From Octopus vulgaris (taxonomy: Eukaryota), in assembly GCA_951406725.2 (NCBI GenBank), contig OX597814.1:196974001-197038000 (forward strand): a stretch of DNA of 64,000 nt, given 5' to 3'. This document shows positions 12,037 through 25,058 of the stretch, piece after piece; position 1 is the stretch's first letter, and every line of letters begins with the position of its first letter. The notes beneath the pieces are model-generated. The model was given only the letters and a program-made list of their open reading frames with translations. It was not told where the DNA came from and made no database searches. A program made the position numbers and the translations under genes.

Positions 12037-12590
12037 TGATACTGATGATGATGATGATGGTAATGAGGATGATGTTGAGGATGATGATGATTATGGTGAG
12101 GATAATGGTGGTGGTGGTGTTGTTGACAATGATGATGATTATGGGGAATTAAACGCGTGGTGGTGATGATGGTGGTGGTGTTGACGTTGATGATGATTAT
12201 GGTGATGATAATGATGGTGTTGATGGTCTTGTTGTTGCTGTTGTTATTGTTGATGGTGGATTTGATGGTGGTGGTGATGATGGGGAGGAAGAGGATGATG
12301 GTGGTTTTGTTGATGATTATGGTGATGATAATGATGGTGTTGATGATGATAATGAAAGGTGTTGCTGTTTTTGGTGGTGGTGGTTGTTTTGGTGGCGGCG
12401 GCGCGGTGGTGATGATGATTAGGATGATGGGAACAGTAATGTCGGCGATGACGATAGCAATGTTACTACTACTACAACTGCTACACCAACACCACTACCA
12501 TTACTACTACTATCACTAACAATAAAGCTGACTCTGTTGCTGCTGTTGTTTCTTCTGTTACAAAATCTCTACTACTGCTACTACAACTAA
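12037..12590. repeat. Compound (GAT/GGT/GTT/CTA)n trinucleotide low-complexity tract
   Basis: Direct reading. Confidence 0.9.
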
Positions 12591-12599
12591 TAATGGCTA

Positions 12600-13015
12600 C
12601 AAAATTTGACCCAAGTCCAGCAGTTTTAGGGGAGGGACAATTCGATTAAATAGATCCCCTGGGCCTAATTCTTACTTATTTTATTGACCACGGAAGGATA
12701 AATGCCAAAATTGACCTTGGCAGAATTTGAACTTAGAACGTTAAGAGCCAGACGTGTTAACGATGCTTCCATGTCAGTGATAATAATAATGATAGTGAGA
12801 ATCGTTTCTACTACAGGCAGAAGTCCTGAAATTTTGTGGGGAGGGGACTAGTCGTTTACATCGACCTCAGTGTTTTACTGGTACTTAATTTATCGTCCCC
12901 GGAAAGATGAAATGTGAAGTCGACTTCAGCAGAATTTGAGCTCAGAACGTAAGGACGGACGAAATACCACTAAGCATTTCGCCCGGCGGGCTAACGATTC
13001 TACCAGCTCGCAACC
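12600..13015 (-). mobile_element. Two tandem SINE family A copies (~12600-12760, ~12805-13015)
   Basis: Reverse complement of the family A head (GCTAACGATTCTACCAGCTCGC) and core (CTGGTACTTAATTTATCG). Confidence 0.85.
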
Positions 13016-13017
13016 TT

Positions 13018-13335
13018 TATAATAATAATAATAAGAAGAATAACAATGTTAACAACAACAACAACAATAATAATAATAATAATAATAATAATAAGAGAAG
13101 AAAAAACAAGAAAAAGGAGGAAGTTGAGGAAGTGTAGTAGTAGCTGATGATGAAGAAGAAAAAAATTGATGATGATGAAGAAATAGATGATGGTGATGAT
13201 GATGATAATGATGTTAAAGATGAGGATAATGAAGATGGATATGATGATGATAATGATGGAGAAAATGATGATGATAGGAAAGAAGAAAATGGAGAAGATG
13301 ATAGAGAAGAAGAAGAAGAAGAAGAAGAGGACCAA
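13018..13335. repeat. (AAT)n/(GAT)n/(GAA)n low-complexity tract
   Basis: Direct reading. Confidence 0.9.
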
Positions 13336-13886
13336 GGAGTACAAGCTAAAGAGGGCGTCAAGGAAAAGAAATAAGTAAAAGATAGAAAATGAGAGGAAAA
13401 CGAAAGTAAAAGTAGAAAGGCAATTTTCATAGAAGTGGATGAAGGAATATTTGTAAAACTGCCCGAAGGTTTATTTGAGAAATTTTCGTCCTGAAAATAG
13501 ATGATAAACTTACAAATGATACGGTTAGGTGAAAGAAGAAGGAAAATGGAAACTTAGCAAGTGATTATCGATTTTTCTAGATTGGCAAAGATACAAACGA
13601 TGTCGAGACGAAATACATGTTGAAAAATGCAAAGAAAAATGAACAAAATCACTAAAAAAGAAAAATAAAGAAAAGAAAAGAAGATGGTTGAGATTCTTTG
13701 AATGATTACGAAATGTTCTTGTAAGATATTTTGAGGTATTAGGTGGATGGGTGGTGGTGGTGGCAGTAATTGTGATTATGAGAGCGAGGAGGGAATTATT
13801 AAGCGGTGAATTAAACGTGATAATAAAAATGGTTGTGTATATAGATTCAAATTTCAGATTTTAATTTAAAAGTACTTGGTTCTCTT

Positions 13887-13933
<47 letters not shown>

Positions 13934-13937
<4 letters not shown>

Positions 13938-14090
13938 ATAAGATCGTTAATTTAAAATAAAACAGCGATTTCATCAAGTGGTCAGCATGGCAAAAGTAAC
14001 CTTCAAAGGTAATAATTATTAAAATTATAAATTAGGGTATCTACGAGATACCACCATGCTGAAAATAGCAGATATATATATGTATATATA
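13934..14090 (+). mobile_element. Short (TA)n-embedded element (family P1)
   Basis: Homologous to 7959-8083 in opposite orientation; flanked by (TA)n. Confidence 0.75.
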
Positions 14091-14284
14091 ATTATACTAA
14101 TGTGCCCATCTGTTCTAATTTAATTAAATTCTATGGCTTTGTGCAGCTGAGGATTGATCTGCATTTTAAATTGATGTAATGATTGCATTGTTCAGTTAAA
14201 TGGAGTTGCATGAAACGATTGTACTGCATTACCTCTGGATAGCCTTAATGCTTATTTTGAGATATATATATATATATATGTATA

Positions 14285-14503
14285 TCAATTTTTTTTTAAA
14301 TGAATAACAAACACAAGAAAAAAACAACAACGTGAAGACGTGGTACACGCAATGTATTTGCAGACGATCAGGGAAGGAAACAAAAGTGGTTTTACGTTTC
14401 GAGCAAAGCGCTTCTTCAGAAACAGGAGACAGAGGGAAGTCCAAGAGAAATGGAAGACGGAGAAAAATCCTCAACGATTTACATGTGGATATATTTTGAA
14501 TTG

Positions 14504-14505
<2 letters not shown>
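14285..14505 (-). mobile_element. (TA)n-embedded Penelope-like fragment (family P2) carrying a hammerhead motif
   Basis: Homologous over ~210 bp to 18497-18712; (TA)n on both sides. Confidence 0.75.
14389..14423 (-). ncRNA. Minimal type-I hammerhead ribozyme motif
   Basis: Minus strand GUUU-CUGAAGA-A-GCGC(UUU)GCUC-GAAA-CG-UA-AAAC: stem I GUUU/AAAC, intact core, palindromic ACGU stem III. Confidence 0.75.
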
Positions 14506-14560
<55 letters not shown>

Positions 14561-14679
14561 CAATTACACATACATACACGCTTACATAAGCACACACATT
14601 CACTCACACAAACACACACAACACACACATATATATAAATGTACAAGCGGAAAACGAGGAGAATTTTGATATATATGAT

Positions 14680-14960
14680 TGATTGATTGATTGATTCTAG
14701 TTTCAGCTTATGAGCTGTGGCCATGCTGGGTCACCGCCATTTGGTTGACTGCATTTTACACATGTTTCTTTAACGATAGCCGATACCTTTCCCCCGAGAG
14801 ACTCTGCATCCAGCTGACCTCTCTTTGGAACTCTCTTTGGAGAGAGCAGCATTGGCCACAATTGCCTGACGGCCACATTATGCAGTTGCTTGGATGCTCA
14901 GTTGTAATGGTGTCGAAGCTGTGTGAGGCAGCTAATTCCTGGATGCAAGCCATTATTTTT
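14680..14960 (-). mobile_element. 5'-truncated CR1/L2-type LINE 3' end with (AATC)n tail
   Basis: Minus strand ends GGCGGTGACCCAGCATGGCCACAGCTCATAAGCTGAAACTAG-(AATC)n; the same terminus occurs at 49262-49320. Confidence 0.6.
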
Positions 14961-15227
14961 ACATGTATAATGCTCCTATATACCACACACACACACACAT
15001 ATAATATAGATAGATAGATAGATGCATCGTACATGGACGTCGTTTTGTATATAATTATGAATATATATATATGAGGCTCTTTTCTTTCTACATTAATTAT
15101 TTACTTCTGCATTTGCCAATTGACTCATTTTCCAACCAATGGCTGACCACACTTTAATATTTTACGGTGAAAATACCATGACTTGTATATCGCTAACCAA
15201 TTAGATCTACAATGGTATGCTCACGTC

Positions 15228-15735
15228 TCTTCTCTGTCTCTCTCTCTCTTTCTCTACATATATACGTGTATATATATATACACACATACATACATACATA
15301 CATATACACAGACATATACATACATACATACATACACACACACATATACATACATACACACATATACATACTTACATACATACATACACACACCCATACA
15401 TACGTACATACATACATACACACACCCATACGTACGTAAATACATACATACATACATACATACATACACACACCTATACATACGTACATACGTACACACA
15501 CATACGTACGTACATACATACACACACACATACGTACGTACATACACACATACATACGTACGTACATACATACATACACACACATACGTACGTACATACA
15601 TACACACACACACACACATACGTACGTCCATACATACACACACGCACACACATATACATACATACATACATACATACATACATACATACATACATACATA
15701 CATACATACATACATACATACATACGACACATACA
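15228..15735. repeat. Compound (CT)n/(CATA)n/(CA)n/(CGTA)n microsatellite
   Basis: Direct reading. Confidence 0.95.
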
Positions 15736-15994
15736 TGTGTGTCGTATGTCTGTCGATTTCCACTGACTTGGATCTTTGTTTCAGTTACCAATTTCAATTG
15801 ATTTGTAGAGTTAAGGATCAGCGTAAACAAATATTAATAATTTAAATACAGCTTTGAATTATTCTATGCTATTAACCGTTATGTAATAAGACTAATGCTT
15901 TTTCTCTAAACGACGCTGCCGCTTGCTGATTATTGAATTACACATATAACAAATGTGGAATCAGCTACTTTTTTCATTTCGTGGAGAACTCGCT

Positions 15995-16412
15995 ATACTC
16001 TTACTCTTTACTCTTTTACTTGTTTCAGTCATTTGACTGCGGCCATGCTGGAGCACCACCTTTAATCGAGCAACTCGACCCCGGGGACTTATTCTTTGTA
16101 AGCCCAGTACTTATTTTATCGGTCTCTTGTGCCGAACCGCTAAGTGACGGGGACGTAAACACACCAGCATCGGTTGTCAAGCGATGTTAGGGGAACAAAC
16201 ACAAACATACACGCACACACACATATATATATATATATACATATATACGACAGGCTTCTTTCAGTTTCCGTCTACCAAATCCACTCACAAGGCTTTGGTC
16301 GGCCCGAGGCTATAGTAGAAGACACTTGCCCAAGGTGCCACGCAGTGGGACTGAACCCGGAACCATGTGGTTGGTAAGCAAGCTACTTACCACTCAGCCA
16401 CTCCTACGCCAC
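15995..16412 (-). mobile_element. SINE family B (tRNA head, CORE-like part, internal (TA)n/(TG)n, LINE-like tail)
   Basis: Minus strand GGCGTAGGAGTGGCTGAGTGGTAAGTAGCTTGC...GGCACCTTGGGCAAGTGTCTT...GCTCCAGCATGGCCGCAGTCAAATGACTGAAACAAGTAAAAGAG. Confidence 0.9.
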
Positions 16413-16451
16413 TCCTATGTGTAAAAACCTATTAAGTCTTTGTATACTCTT

Positions 16452-17105
16452 ATTTCTTTATTGCCCACAAGAGGCTAAATAGAGGGGACAAACAAAGACA
16501 GACATATGGATTAAATCGATTACATCCACCCCAGTGCATAACTGGTACTTAATTTATCGATCCCTGAAGGATGAAAGGTAAAGTCGACCTCGGCGGAATT
16601 TGAACTCAGAACGTAACATGCTAACGATTCTTCCAATTCACTGCCCATGCTATTTGTAAATTCTTCAACGGTGTTGGGTGCTGGATGAATCGTTACCACG
16701 TGAGACAAAATGCTTAGCGGCATTTCTTCCGCCTCTTTACGTGAAATTCCGTGGAGATCAGCTTCAGCTTCCCTCCTTTCTGGGTCGATAAAATATCTAG
16801 CACTTGAGCATTGGAGTCGATATTCTCGACTTAATCCTTAAAGTTGCCTGCCTCGTGTCTAAATTAGAAAGTATCTTATGTAATTTGTTCTACGGTCTGG
16901 AACTAGCAGAATCGTTAGAGGACCAGGAAATAGGCCCAGCAATATTTCTTCCGTCTCTCTACATCGTAATTTCAAATTCCCGAGATGTTGACTTTGGCTA
17001 TGGTTGTTTTAGGCGCTGATAAAATAAATAAATAAGTACCCGTTGAGAACTCAGGTTAGTTTAATCGACGTCCTACTCTGCACAAAATTGCCAAATTTAG
17101 AAATG
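16452..17105. mobile_element. Three SINE family A copies (~16452-16645 minus; ~16675-16870 and ~16895-17105 plus, decayed)
   Basis: Family A core motifs in both orientations. Confidence 0.75.
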
Positions 17106-17209
17106 ATTATCATTTAATTTTCTTCTTACCGAACAACCAGCATAGATAATTTGTTTATAATGGTCAACTGTTTGAGCTGTACATTAACTCACTCTCTCCA
17201 TGACATCGA

Positions 17210-17370
17210 CGTTGCCCGGACAGCTGAGTACACGGCGTACCGTCCGTTAGATATCGAAGCGATCAAAGAGCAACATAAGATAAAATATTATGCTCAAACT
17301 AACCACCCGGTGCAGAAACAGAAACCGGCATCTCGTGATCATGAGTGCAACACCCTAACCACGAGGCCAA
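17210..17370 (-). mobile_element. Decayed SINE family C-like 5' part
   Basis: CAGCTGAGTACAC...GAGCAAC...TGCTCAA...TCTCGTGATCATGAG...CTAACCACGAGGCCA parallels 10800-10928. Confidence 0.55.
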
Positions 17371-18467
17371 ATAAAATTATCAATGTTATATAAGTGAATA
17401 TGTACTGGAGCGGCTTGTTGTTAAAATATTTCTCCAATTTACTGTCCACAAACCGTCGCCATTGTGCTTCTTTCTTACGATCGGACAGTTGAATATCCGC
17501 AGCCAGTTTGCTGTAAACAGCAAAGGGATGTCACTTACATAATTCAATTATTTCTATGGTTAATTATACATCGTATGGTATTATACTACAAACATCTATT
17601 TATAATATAGACAACGATTTATTTAATAGCATAAAAGAGGCCATTTTTTTCTAATCATGCGATATCACATCAGTATCTCCTTAGAGTAGAATAACATCAA
17701 CTAAGAACGGCGATTATTATATTAGGAGACGTTACCTAATAGCCTTCCACTTATATAGAAGATTGTTGACGATTTTCATTGTTTTAAACACAAATATCCT
17801 TGAATACTGTGTGGTTTTGCTATTTTATAAATCGCAACTGTTGGCAAAATACGTAAATACGCTCCAAATAAGAATAATTATGTAAATTTAGTTGCCGAAT
17901 ACAATTCAGTTGTTGGAAGCGAGGTGGTTTTAGATTATCTACAATTAAAGAATTAAGTTTGAGAGACAGAAATAGCTGTAACGTTAATAATAGACAAGAT
18001 AATATTATCACAAACAAAAATAAGTAGCTAGCTTCCTATATGTTATACGTAAAACAATACAACAACTAGAACAGCCGACTTCAATTTTAAAAGGGGAAAA
18101 AAAAATTCTTGTTTTTCTTCTTTTTTTTCAAAGCTTTGTGGGAGATGAAACGGAAACCACTTAATGCTTTCAGAATCACAATAAATTCTTTTCTACACGC
18201 AAAGAACCAACTCTTCCATTACTACTACTACTGCTACTACTACTACCTGCTATTACTGCTGCTGGTGCTGCTGCTGGTGCTGCTGCTGCTGCTATAATCA
18301 TAAAAATAAGAATAATATGAGAAAGCACATTCGAACTTGTAACAGTACTAGTAGTATAGACAAGCAAAATGTTCTAAGAATAACAATGACAGTAATAAGG
18401 AGGGTTTCTAAGGCTGAAATAAAGAGCACATTAAGATTAAAGACGAAACCCACACACAAATATACAG

Positions 18468-18496
<29 letters not shown>

Positions 18497-18498
<2 letters not shown>

Positions 18499-18712
18499 AA
18501 ATTTGACCGCGTGTGTACCGTTGGCGATATTTTTTTCCTCCGTCTTTCCTTCTCTGGATCTTTCCTTTTCCTATGTTTCTGACGAAGAGCTCCGCTCGAA
18601 AGGTAAAACCCTTCTTCTTCCCTTCCTTCCCGAGCGTCCAATTACACTATATTTGTTCCTCGTTCTCGCGTTGTTGTGCTTTCTCTTTGTGTTTTCATGT
18701 TTGGATTAACTT
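18497..18712 (+). mobile_element. (TA)n-embedded Penelope-like fragment (family P2) carrying a hammerhead motif
   Basis: Homologous to 14285-14505; (TA)n on both sides. Confidence 0.75.
18575..18609 (+). ncRNA. Minimal type-I hammerhead ribozyme motif (one stem-III substitution)
   Basis: GUUU-CUGACGA-A-GAGC(UCC)GCUC-GAAA-GG-UA-AAAC: perfect stem I and stem II. Confidence 0.7.
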
Positions 18713-18739
18713 TATATATATATATATATATATATATAA

Positions 18740-19070
18740 GTCGGCGTAGCTGTGTGGTAAGAAGCTTGCTTCCCAAATACATGCCTCCGTATTCGGTCCT
18801 ATTGCGTGGCACCTTTGGCAAGTGTCTTCTACTATGGCTTCTGGCTGACCAAAGCCTTGTGACTGGATTTGTTTGAGAGAAACTGAAAGAATGCCGTCGT
18901 GTGTGTGTGTGTGTTTGTGTCTGTGTTTATGTCCCTGAAACTTAGCTATTCGGCAAAAGAGACCGATATAAGTACTAGGCTTACAAAGAATAAGTCCTGG
19001 GGTCGATTTGTTCGACTTGAGGCAGTGCTCCAGCTTATCTGAAGTCAAATAATTGAAACGTGTAAAAGAG
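18740..19070 (+). mobile_element. SINE family B
   Basis: GCTGTGTGGTAAGAAGCTTGCTTCCCAA...GCGTGGCACCTTTGGCAAGTGTCTTCTAC...GGGGTCGATTTGTTCGAC. Confidence 0.9.
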
Positions 19071-20159
19071 TATATATATATATATGTGTGTATATATAAA
19101 ATAACGGAGGTGGCTGCCTACACGCAATATAAAACCATAAAAAATTCAATTGTCACTAATTGCTAAGTCGTGCTTTTATAATTATGTGCACTTATATACT
19201 TACATATGAATATTTTTGGCACATAGGGAGTGTATAAGAAAACCTAAGACAAATTCATTGCAGTTTATCAGGCTTGTTCACTGGAAAAAACATTTCAATG
19301 CATCATTTAATTTTTCTTGCATAGAGTAAAAGCTGTTGGTTTTTCTGGTTTTGTCAAGGGTGATTGGCCCCTATTCAGAGAGAAAACTCCCTAATGAAGT
19401 CAGTCGCTATTTAAATCAGTCACTAATTTTGCTATTTCAACCGCTCGCAAATTATTTCTTCGCTGATATGGCTAAATCTATTTGCATAACATGCATTTGT
19501 CAATGACGTGATCAAATGCGTATTAAATAGCTTTTCGCTCAAACATTTTGCATTGGATATTCTATTGCAGTTAGACAACAGTTTTAGACGCCTACACGTT
19601 TAAAAGTAAACAAATTTAAATGTAGTTTGTTTTTACATGGCCACACAGAAAAGTAAGAAGATTATTCTGACATGGTCTATGACAGATCAATCTCAGAGGA
19701 AAAGCAAATCTAGTAAATTACCTACGAATTGAACACCATATTGATCACTAATTAAATTAGTCACACATTCAAAGTAATATGAATTGGCTAGATTGGCGTG
19801 CGGAATAGCAACTGCAATTAAGCTCAGGTACAAAATAGTGAGTAAATAAAATGTTTACATAATCTGAGGTAAAACTATCGCTTTTAAAATAGATACAAAT
19901 TAATCGTAAGCTGAAATGGCGGGAGTGATTTCCTTTTTCAGGAAATCCTGAATTTCTTTTATCAGGAAATTTGCAAGAAATTTGAATAAAATTCCATCAT
20001 TAATTTAAGTTGAAGGCAAAAGTTGATCCGAAAATAATTCCTGTATCGTTTTTTTCCTTCATTTATTCTTGACTGTTAAACGATTCCGTTTAATTTTCCT
20101 TTCTGGTATATATATAAAAATATGCGCTGAGTGCCACTTTGCATAACTGTGTATGTATG

Positions 20160-20465
20160 TTTCTTCTATTTTTTTAATACTTATTATAAATCTTACACTG
20201 AGAAGGGACCCAGTCTCCGACAACGATACAAGGTTCCATCTATGGGATGCAGTTAATACAAATTCACATATTGCATATTTTTACTGTTCCACTCACAGAT
20301 TGCACTAGTAATGTACGAATTAGCTGGTCGATCTCTTTTTCTGAAAATCCCAGTTTATCCACATTATACTTTAAGCATTTACTAACAAAACCTAGTGATC
20401 CAAATATTGGCATGAATATGAATTCATAGTCTGGATATAGAAGCTGAAGGTTTCGAAGCAGTTGT

Positions 20466-20505
<40 letters not shown>

Positions 20506-21930
20506 TCTTTTTCTTTGATTTTCAAAGAGATATTTATATCCATAGGGGAGCTGACCTCTATGATGATACATACCTTTTCCCCTCTATCCCAAACAACAAT
20601 ATCTGGCCTATGTTTCCAGTGGACAGACGTATTGATGGAGATATTCCACCACTATTCTTTGGGTTGGTGTTTATGAATGTATTCCATAACAGAGGAATTT
20701 TCTAAGTTTATTTCAGAGCAGTCTTTCTTGCAGATGGCATTGTAAATTGTTTTAGCGACATCATGCCGCGTAGGGAGGTAGTACTACTAATCACATGCGT
20801 GATGTCTTTCACAGAACCATGACATAGCCTACACATGCGGTTGCACCTTGGGATTACAAGAGCGTCATTGTCTCTCTTTTGTTCACCATTACTTTGTGGC
20901 AATCTCCTGTTCCTGGATTGCAAACGCATAAACCTCAAATTGTGATGTGTTGTACTGGTCTTGTGTCCGATTGAGACTCCTTCGTGTCAATTCAACCGTC
21001 TTCTTCAAGTTTCCGGGTAACATACTCATGCATTTTTTAATTTTTTTATTTTTGCATATTGAGTGCTTTCCATCAAGGTCATCTCTGAGGTAAAAGAGCC
21101 CAGCTGTTTTGGGGATGTATTGGAGATCATAAGGAACAGAATGCTTCTTAACGAGTTCACTGGCAACTCGTACAATGTTACTCACTTCACTTTTCAGCAC
21201 TGCATTAATATATATATATTTGCTGCTGTTGTTTAGCAGGCGCTGCCTGAGTGATACCATACGGCATTCGAAGGCCGTCTGCACTGATCACAAGCCTCTA
21301 CCACCTTCATTTCTTCCTAGGTTGAGCCTGTGAACATCACTATTTCTGTTGAAGTTCCAAGCTGTTGTCAGAATTTTGCGGGTTTTGATATCTATGGAGT
21401 GGATTTCTTCTACAGACCAATCAAATATCTCAAATGTTAGGATCAGCACTGGTACTGCAAATGCATTGTGGGGTATTGTTTCGTTGTAAGAGGAGAGTTC
21501 CGGCTGCCATATTTTCCTTCGTCTGGTGTAATATTCCCGGGCTCACTCTATCTTTATTCACAGTGCCTCCCTATAATATATTTTCATCTATACCTAGATA
21601 GTTGTAACATTCTTTGTGTGGAATGGGGGAGATAGAGAGAACGTTGATGCAGAGGTTTTGGTTTGGAAGACTGACTTTCCTCGTTCTATAAACAAATATA
21701 AACATTTCTTTTGGCCAAATTCCATGCCTATATCAGCTGAATATGGTGATATCATTTTGGCATTGTTAACACTTTTAAGCATAAATCTTCAGGTCGTCTA
21801 CAAAAAAATTATGAGTTACATTGATATTTCTAACAGTTGAAGATCCTAGCATGTAACCATTTGTTTTGTGCAATGGATTCAGTGCCAAAATGAAAAAAAA
21901 AAAGTACAGAAATGCTATCTCCCTGGAATA
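20160..21930 (-). pseudogene. 5'-truncated, frameshifted R4/Dong-clade non-LTR retrotransposon (RT plus zinc knuckle plus restriction-like endonuclease)
   Basis: Minus strand pieces in order: IFQGDSIS, INVTHNFFVDDLKIYA, IGMEFGQKKC, YLGIDEN, GGRGL, CRLCHGSVKDITHVISS, RHDV, HRPDIVVWDRGEKVCIIIEVSSP, MPIFGSLG, SGTVKIC; (TA)n inserted at ~20469-20503. Confidence 0.9.
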
Positions 21931-22066
21931 TGCGTATGTACGTATGCATGTCTGTGTGTGTGTATGTATGTACTTCTGTGTGAATGTGTGTGCTTATGAG
22001 TTTGTATATACAGAAGCATAGAAGTAGGGATAGATATATGTCTATGTATTGCACACATTTACCTAC

Positions 22067-22123
<57 letters not shown>

Positions 22124-22209
22124 ATGCCTGGATATAAATCAAGAGCGGATTTCTTCACTCAGCTGGGTCTAATTGTCTACATACATTACAATAATATCAT
22201 TCGGCCGAT

Positions 22210-22605
22210 AAGGCGGTGAGCTGGCAGAAGCGTTAGCACACCGGGCGAAATGCTTAGCGGTATTTCGTCTGCCGTTACGTTCTGAGTTCAAATTCCGCCG
22301 AGGTCGACTTTGCCTTTCATCCTTTCGGGGTCGATTAAATAGGTACTAGTTACACACTGGGGTCGATATAATCGAATTAATCCGTTTGTCTGTCCTTGTT
22401 TGTCCTCTCTGTGTTTAGCCCCTTGTGGGTAGTAAAGAAATATGTATTCCGTTTGTCTTCATCTTCTGAGCTCAAATTCCGCTGTAGTCGACTTTCATCC
22501 TTTCGGGGTCGATAAATTAAGTACCAGTTGCGTACTGGGGTCGATCTAATCGACTGGTCCCCTCCCCCCAAATTTCGGGTCTTGTGCCTAGATTTCAAAA
22601 GAATA
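22210..22605 (+). mobile_element. Young dimeric SINE family A
   Basis: GGCGGTGAGCTGGCAGAAGCGTTAGC...; same layout as 1338-1730; AATATCATTCGGCCG on both sides (22192-22207, 22602-22616) looks like a TSD. Confidence 0.9.
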
Positions 22606-22794
22606 TCATTCGGCCGGTACTTCCGTACTAAGTTTGATATTTACATAATACTGTTCCCTGCGTATATTATTACGACCTAACGAGCTGCCTCAATTTAAGT
22701 ACCTAGTTCAACTGAATTTATCCCCCCCCACACACACACACACACTCTTTCCCTTGTTTCATTCATTTGGCTGGGACATGCATCACACCACATA

Positions 22795-23110
22795 TGCGTG
22801 ACATAGTCATCTCATATCAAGATAAACAGCATGTGACCTTGTAGGTGGCGCTCAGATTTTTTTTCAGGTCGAGTAGCCTATTCCACTCAAAAGATTCCTG
22901 AATAAGGCTTGTTTAAGGATGTTTAATAAAACACCCATGTTTCCAATAGGGAATTATCCCAAACCCTAGAATTCCCCTCAACACGTGGATATGATACACC
23001 CTACTACTTCTGCACGTGATCAGAGGTGCACATATCGCCAGACACTCACATGATTAAGATCAAACAACTGACAAGCAAATCTGTGGTATTGAACAGAATA
23101 TTTGCTGTTA
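22795..23110. repeat. Probable interspersed repeat of unassigned class
   Basis: Higher-complexity block between microsatellites with no ORF; assignment is only an impression, with no second copy in the window. Confidence 0.3.
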
Positions 23111-23160
23111 GTAGCCCGTTTGTATGTATGTATGTATGTATTTATATGTGTGTGTGTGTG

Positions 23161-23492
23161 TATCATTATTCAGTTTATTTCAAGATTTCTAGCCAATAGA
23201 GAAAAAAACCAGTTTCTTACCTAGATCCAGTTTCCTTCATTGGAATTTCAACATAACAGGGTATGCATGTATGTATGCCTGTGCAGAATTGTATGTTTTA
23301 TGTATGTAATCTCATGTATATAGTTACATATCTAGACATGCTCATATATATTTAAATGATATACTTCTGGAAAATGTTACATATTTTTACAGTTCCACTA
23401 ATGGATTGGAACTGTAGTCTTCGAATTAGCTTTCTCCTTTCTTATTTTGAGAAGCGTAATTTCTCAAGATTGGTATTTAGGCAGTGTGTTAC
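23161..23492 (-). mobile_element. 3' end of an R4/Dong-like LINE, same lineage as 20160-21930
   Basis: Minus strand VTHCLNTNLEKLRFSK*ERRKLIRRLQFQSISGTVKICNIFQKYII* aligns with VSKCLKYNVDKLGFSEKEIDQLIRTLLVQSVSGTVKICN; (TATG)n on both flanks. Confidence 0.8.
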
Positions 23493-23544
23493 ATCGTATG
23501 TATGTATGTATGTATGTATGTATGTATGTATGTATGTATGTATG

Positions 23545-23607
<63 letters not shown>

Positions 23608-24404
23608 TTATCTATCTAACTAATTTCTATAGCATTTACAGGCGATACATTCGAATTTATCTTTGATACGTTGTAAATATACATTGCCGTGGATATACCA
23701 TTGGAATATACCAATGTTATATCCATCCACAGCCTAGTGGCCGGAACCAGTGAGAACAGAAATGTGTTACACTACGATTACAGATTCGCATTAATGCTGT
23801 ATCCTTTCCATTTTATTTAATAACATTGTTTATTTTATTGTTTTCTGAATAATGCTACAAAGTATTTCCCTTAGAGAGAAAACACACACAAAGAAAAAAC
23901 AAAAAAAAAAAAAAAAGGTATACTGGAAATTCAATTTACTCGAGAAACGAATTGTTTTTATTTGCCGGACGCTTGCCTTTTTCTTTTCTTCTGCCGTTGT
24001 TTCCCTATGATAAAGGTTCGGTTGTAGGAAAATAACAAGAGATGAAATGCTTAGCTCAGAGCAGCAATAACAGTTCGTGGTGCATTAAGATATTATTGCA
24101 TGTTCAGTAAGTTTTGTTTATCACTTGCAGGAAGTAGAATACATCTGGAATCGATTCATGTTTTGCTTATAACCTTCTGAGGATCTTGTTATATCTCGGT
24201 TGGGATCTTTTCAAATTATTCTACAATTCCTATCTTTAATTCTTTACAAGATACCTTAGATATATATTCTGCTCCTCCCTGTTTTTTTTTTTTTCTATCT
24301 TTCCCATTGTGTGCCCCTCATTAATATTTTCCCCTTTCGTTCTTCCTATTTTTAACTGTCTCTTACATACATTTCTGTCTGTTTCTCTCTTGCTTTCCTA
24401 TCCA

Positions 24405-24428
24405 TTACATCTATCTCTTCTATTTCCA

Positions 24429-24466
<38 letters not shown>

Positions 24467-24895
24467 ACCTATCTATCTATCTCTCTCTGTCTCTCTCTCT
24501 CTCTCTTTCTCTATCATCTATCTCTCTCTATCTCTCTCTCTATATCTATCTGTCTATCTCTCTAACTGTCTCTCTATCTCTCTCTCTCTCTCTCTGTATC
24601 TATCCATCTATCTATCTATCTCTGTATCTATCCATCTATTAATCTATCTAGCTCTCTCTCTAGCTCTCTATCTATTTATCTATCTTTCTGTATCTATCCA
24701 TTTATCTATCTCTCTGTATCTATCCATCTATCTATCTATCTCTGTATCTATCCATCTATCTATCTCTCTCTATATATCTCTGTATCTATCCTTCTATCTC
24801 TCTCTCTCTATCTCTCTATCTCTCTCTATCTCTATCTCTCTATCTCTCTCTCTTTCTCTATCTCTCTATCTATCTCTATCTCTCTCTCTACATTT
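24405..24895. repeat. (CT)n/(CTAT)n polypyrimidine tract
   Basis: Direct reading. Confidence 0.95.
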
Positions 24896-25027
24896 AACCC
24901 TCTCTACCTTTCGCTCACATTTTCTCCTCTTTTACTTCTTTTATATCTAATACTTCTATTCCCACCATTTTTCTCGCTTTCCCTTTCTCTGCATCCATCA
25001 CTTGTATAACTTTCTTTCTCTATGTAT

Positions 25028-25058
<31 letters not shown>

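Noticed and set aside
12157-12519. Hydrophobic Met/Val-rich ORF
   Set aside because: Trinucleotide low-complexity sequence
13147-13374. Acidic Asp/Glu-rich ORF
   Set aside because: Degenerate GAT/GAA trinucleotide tract with no splice or domain evidence
15183-15845. 220-aa His/Thr/Tyr-rich ORF
   Set aside because: Compound CATA/CA microsatellite that is open in several frames
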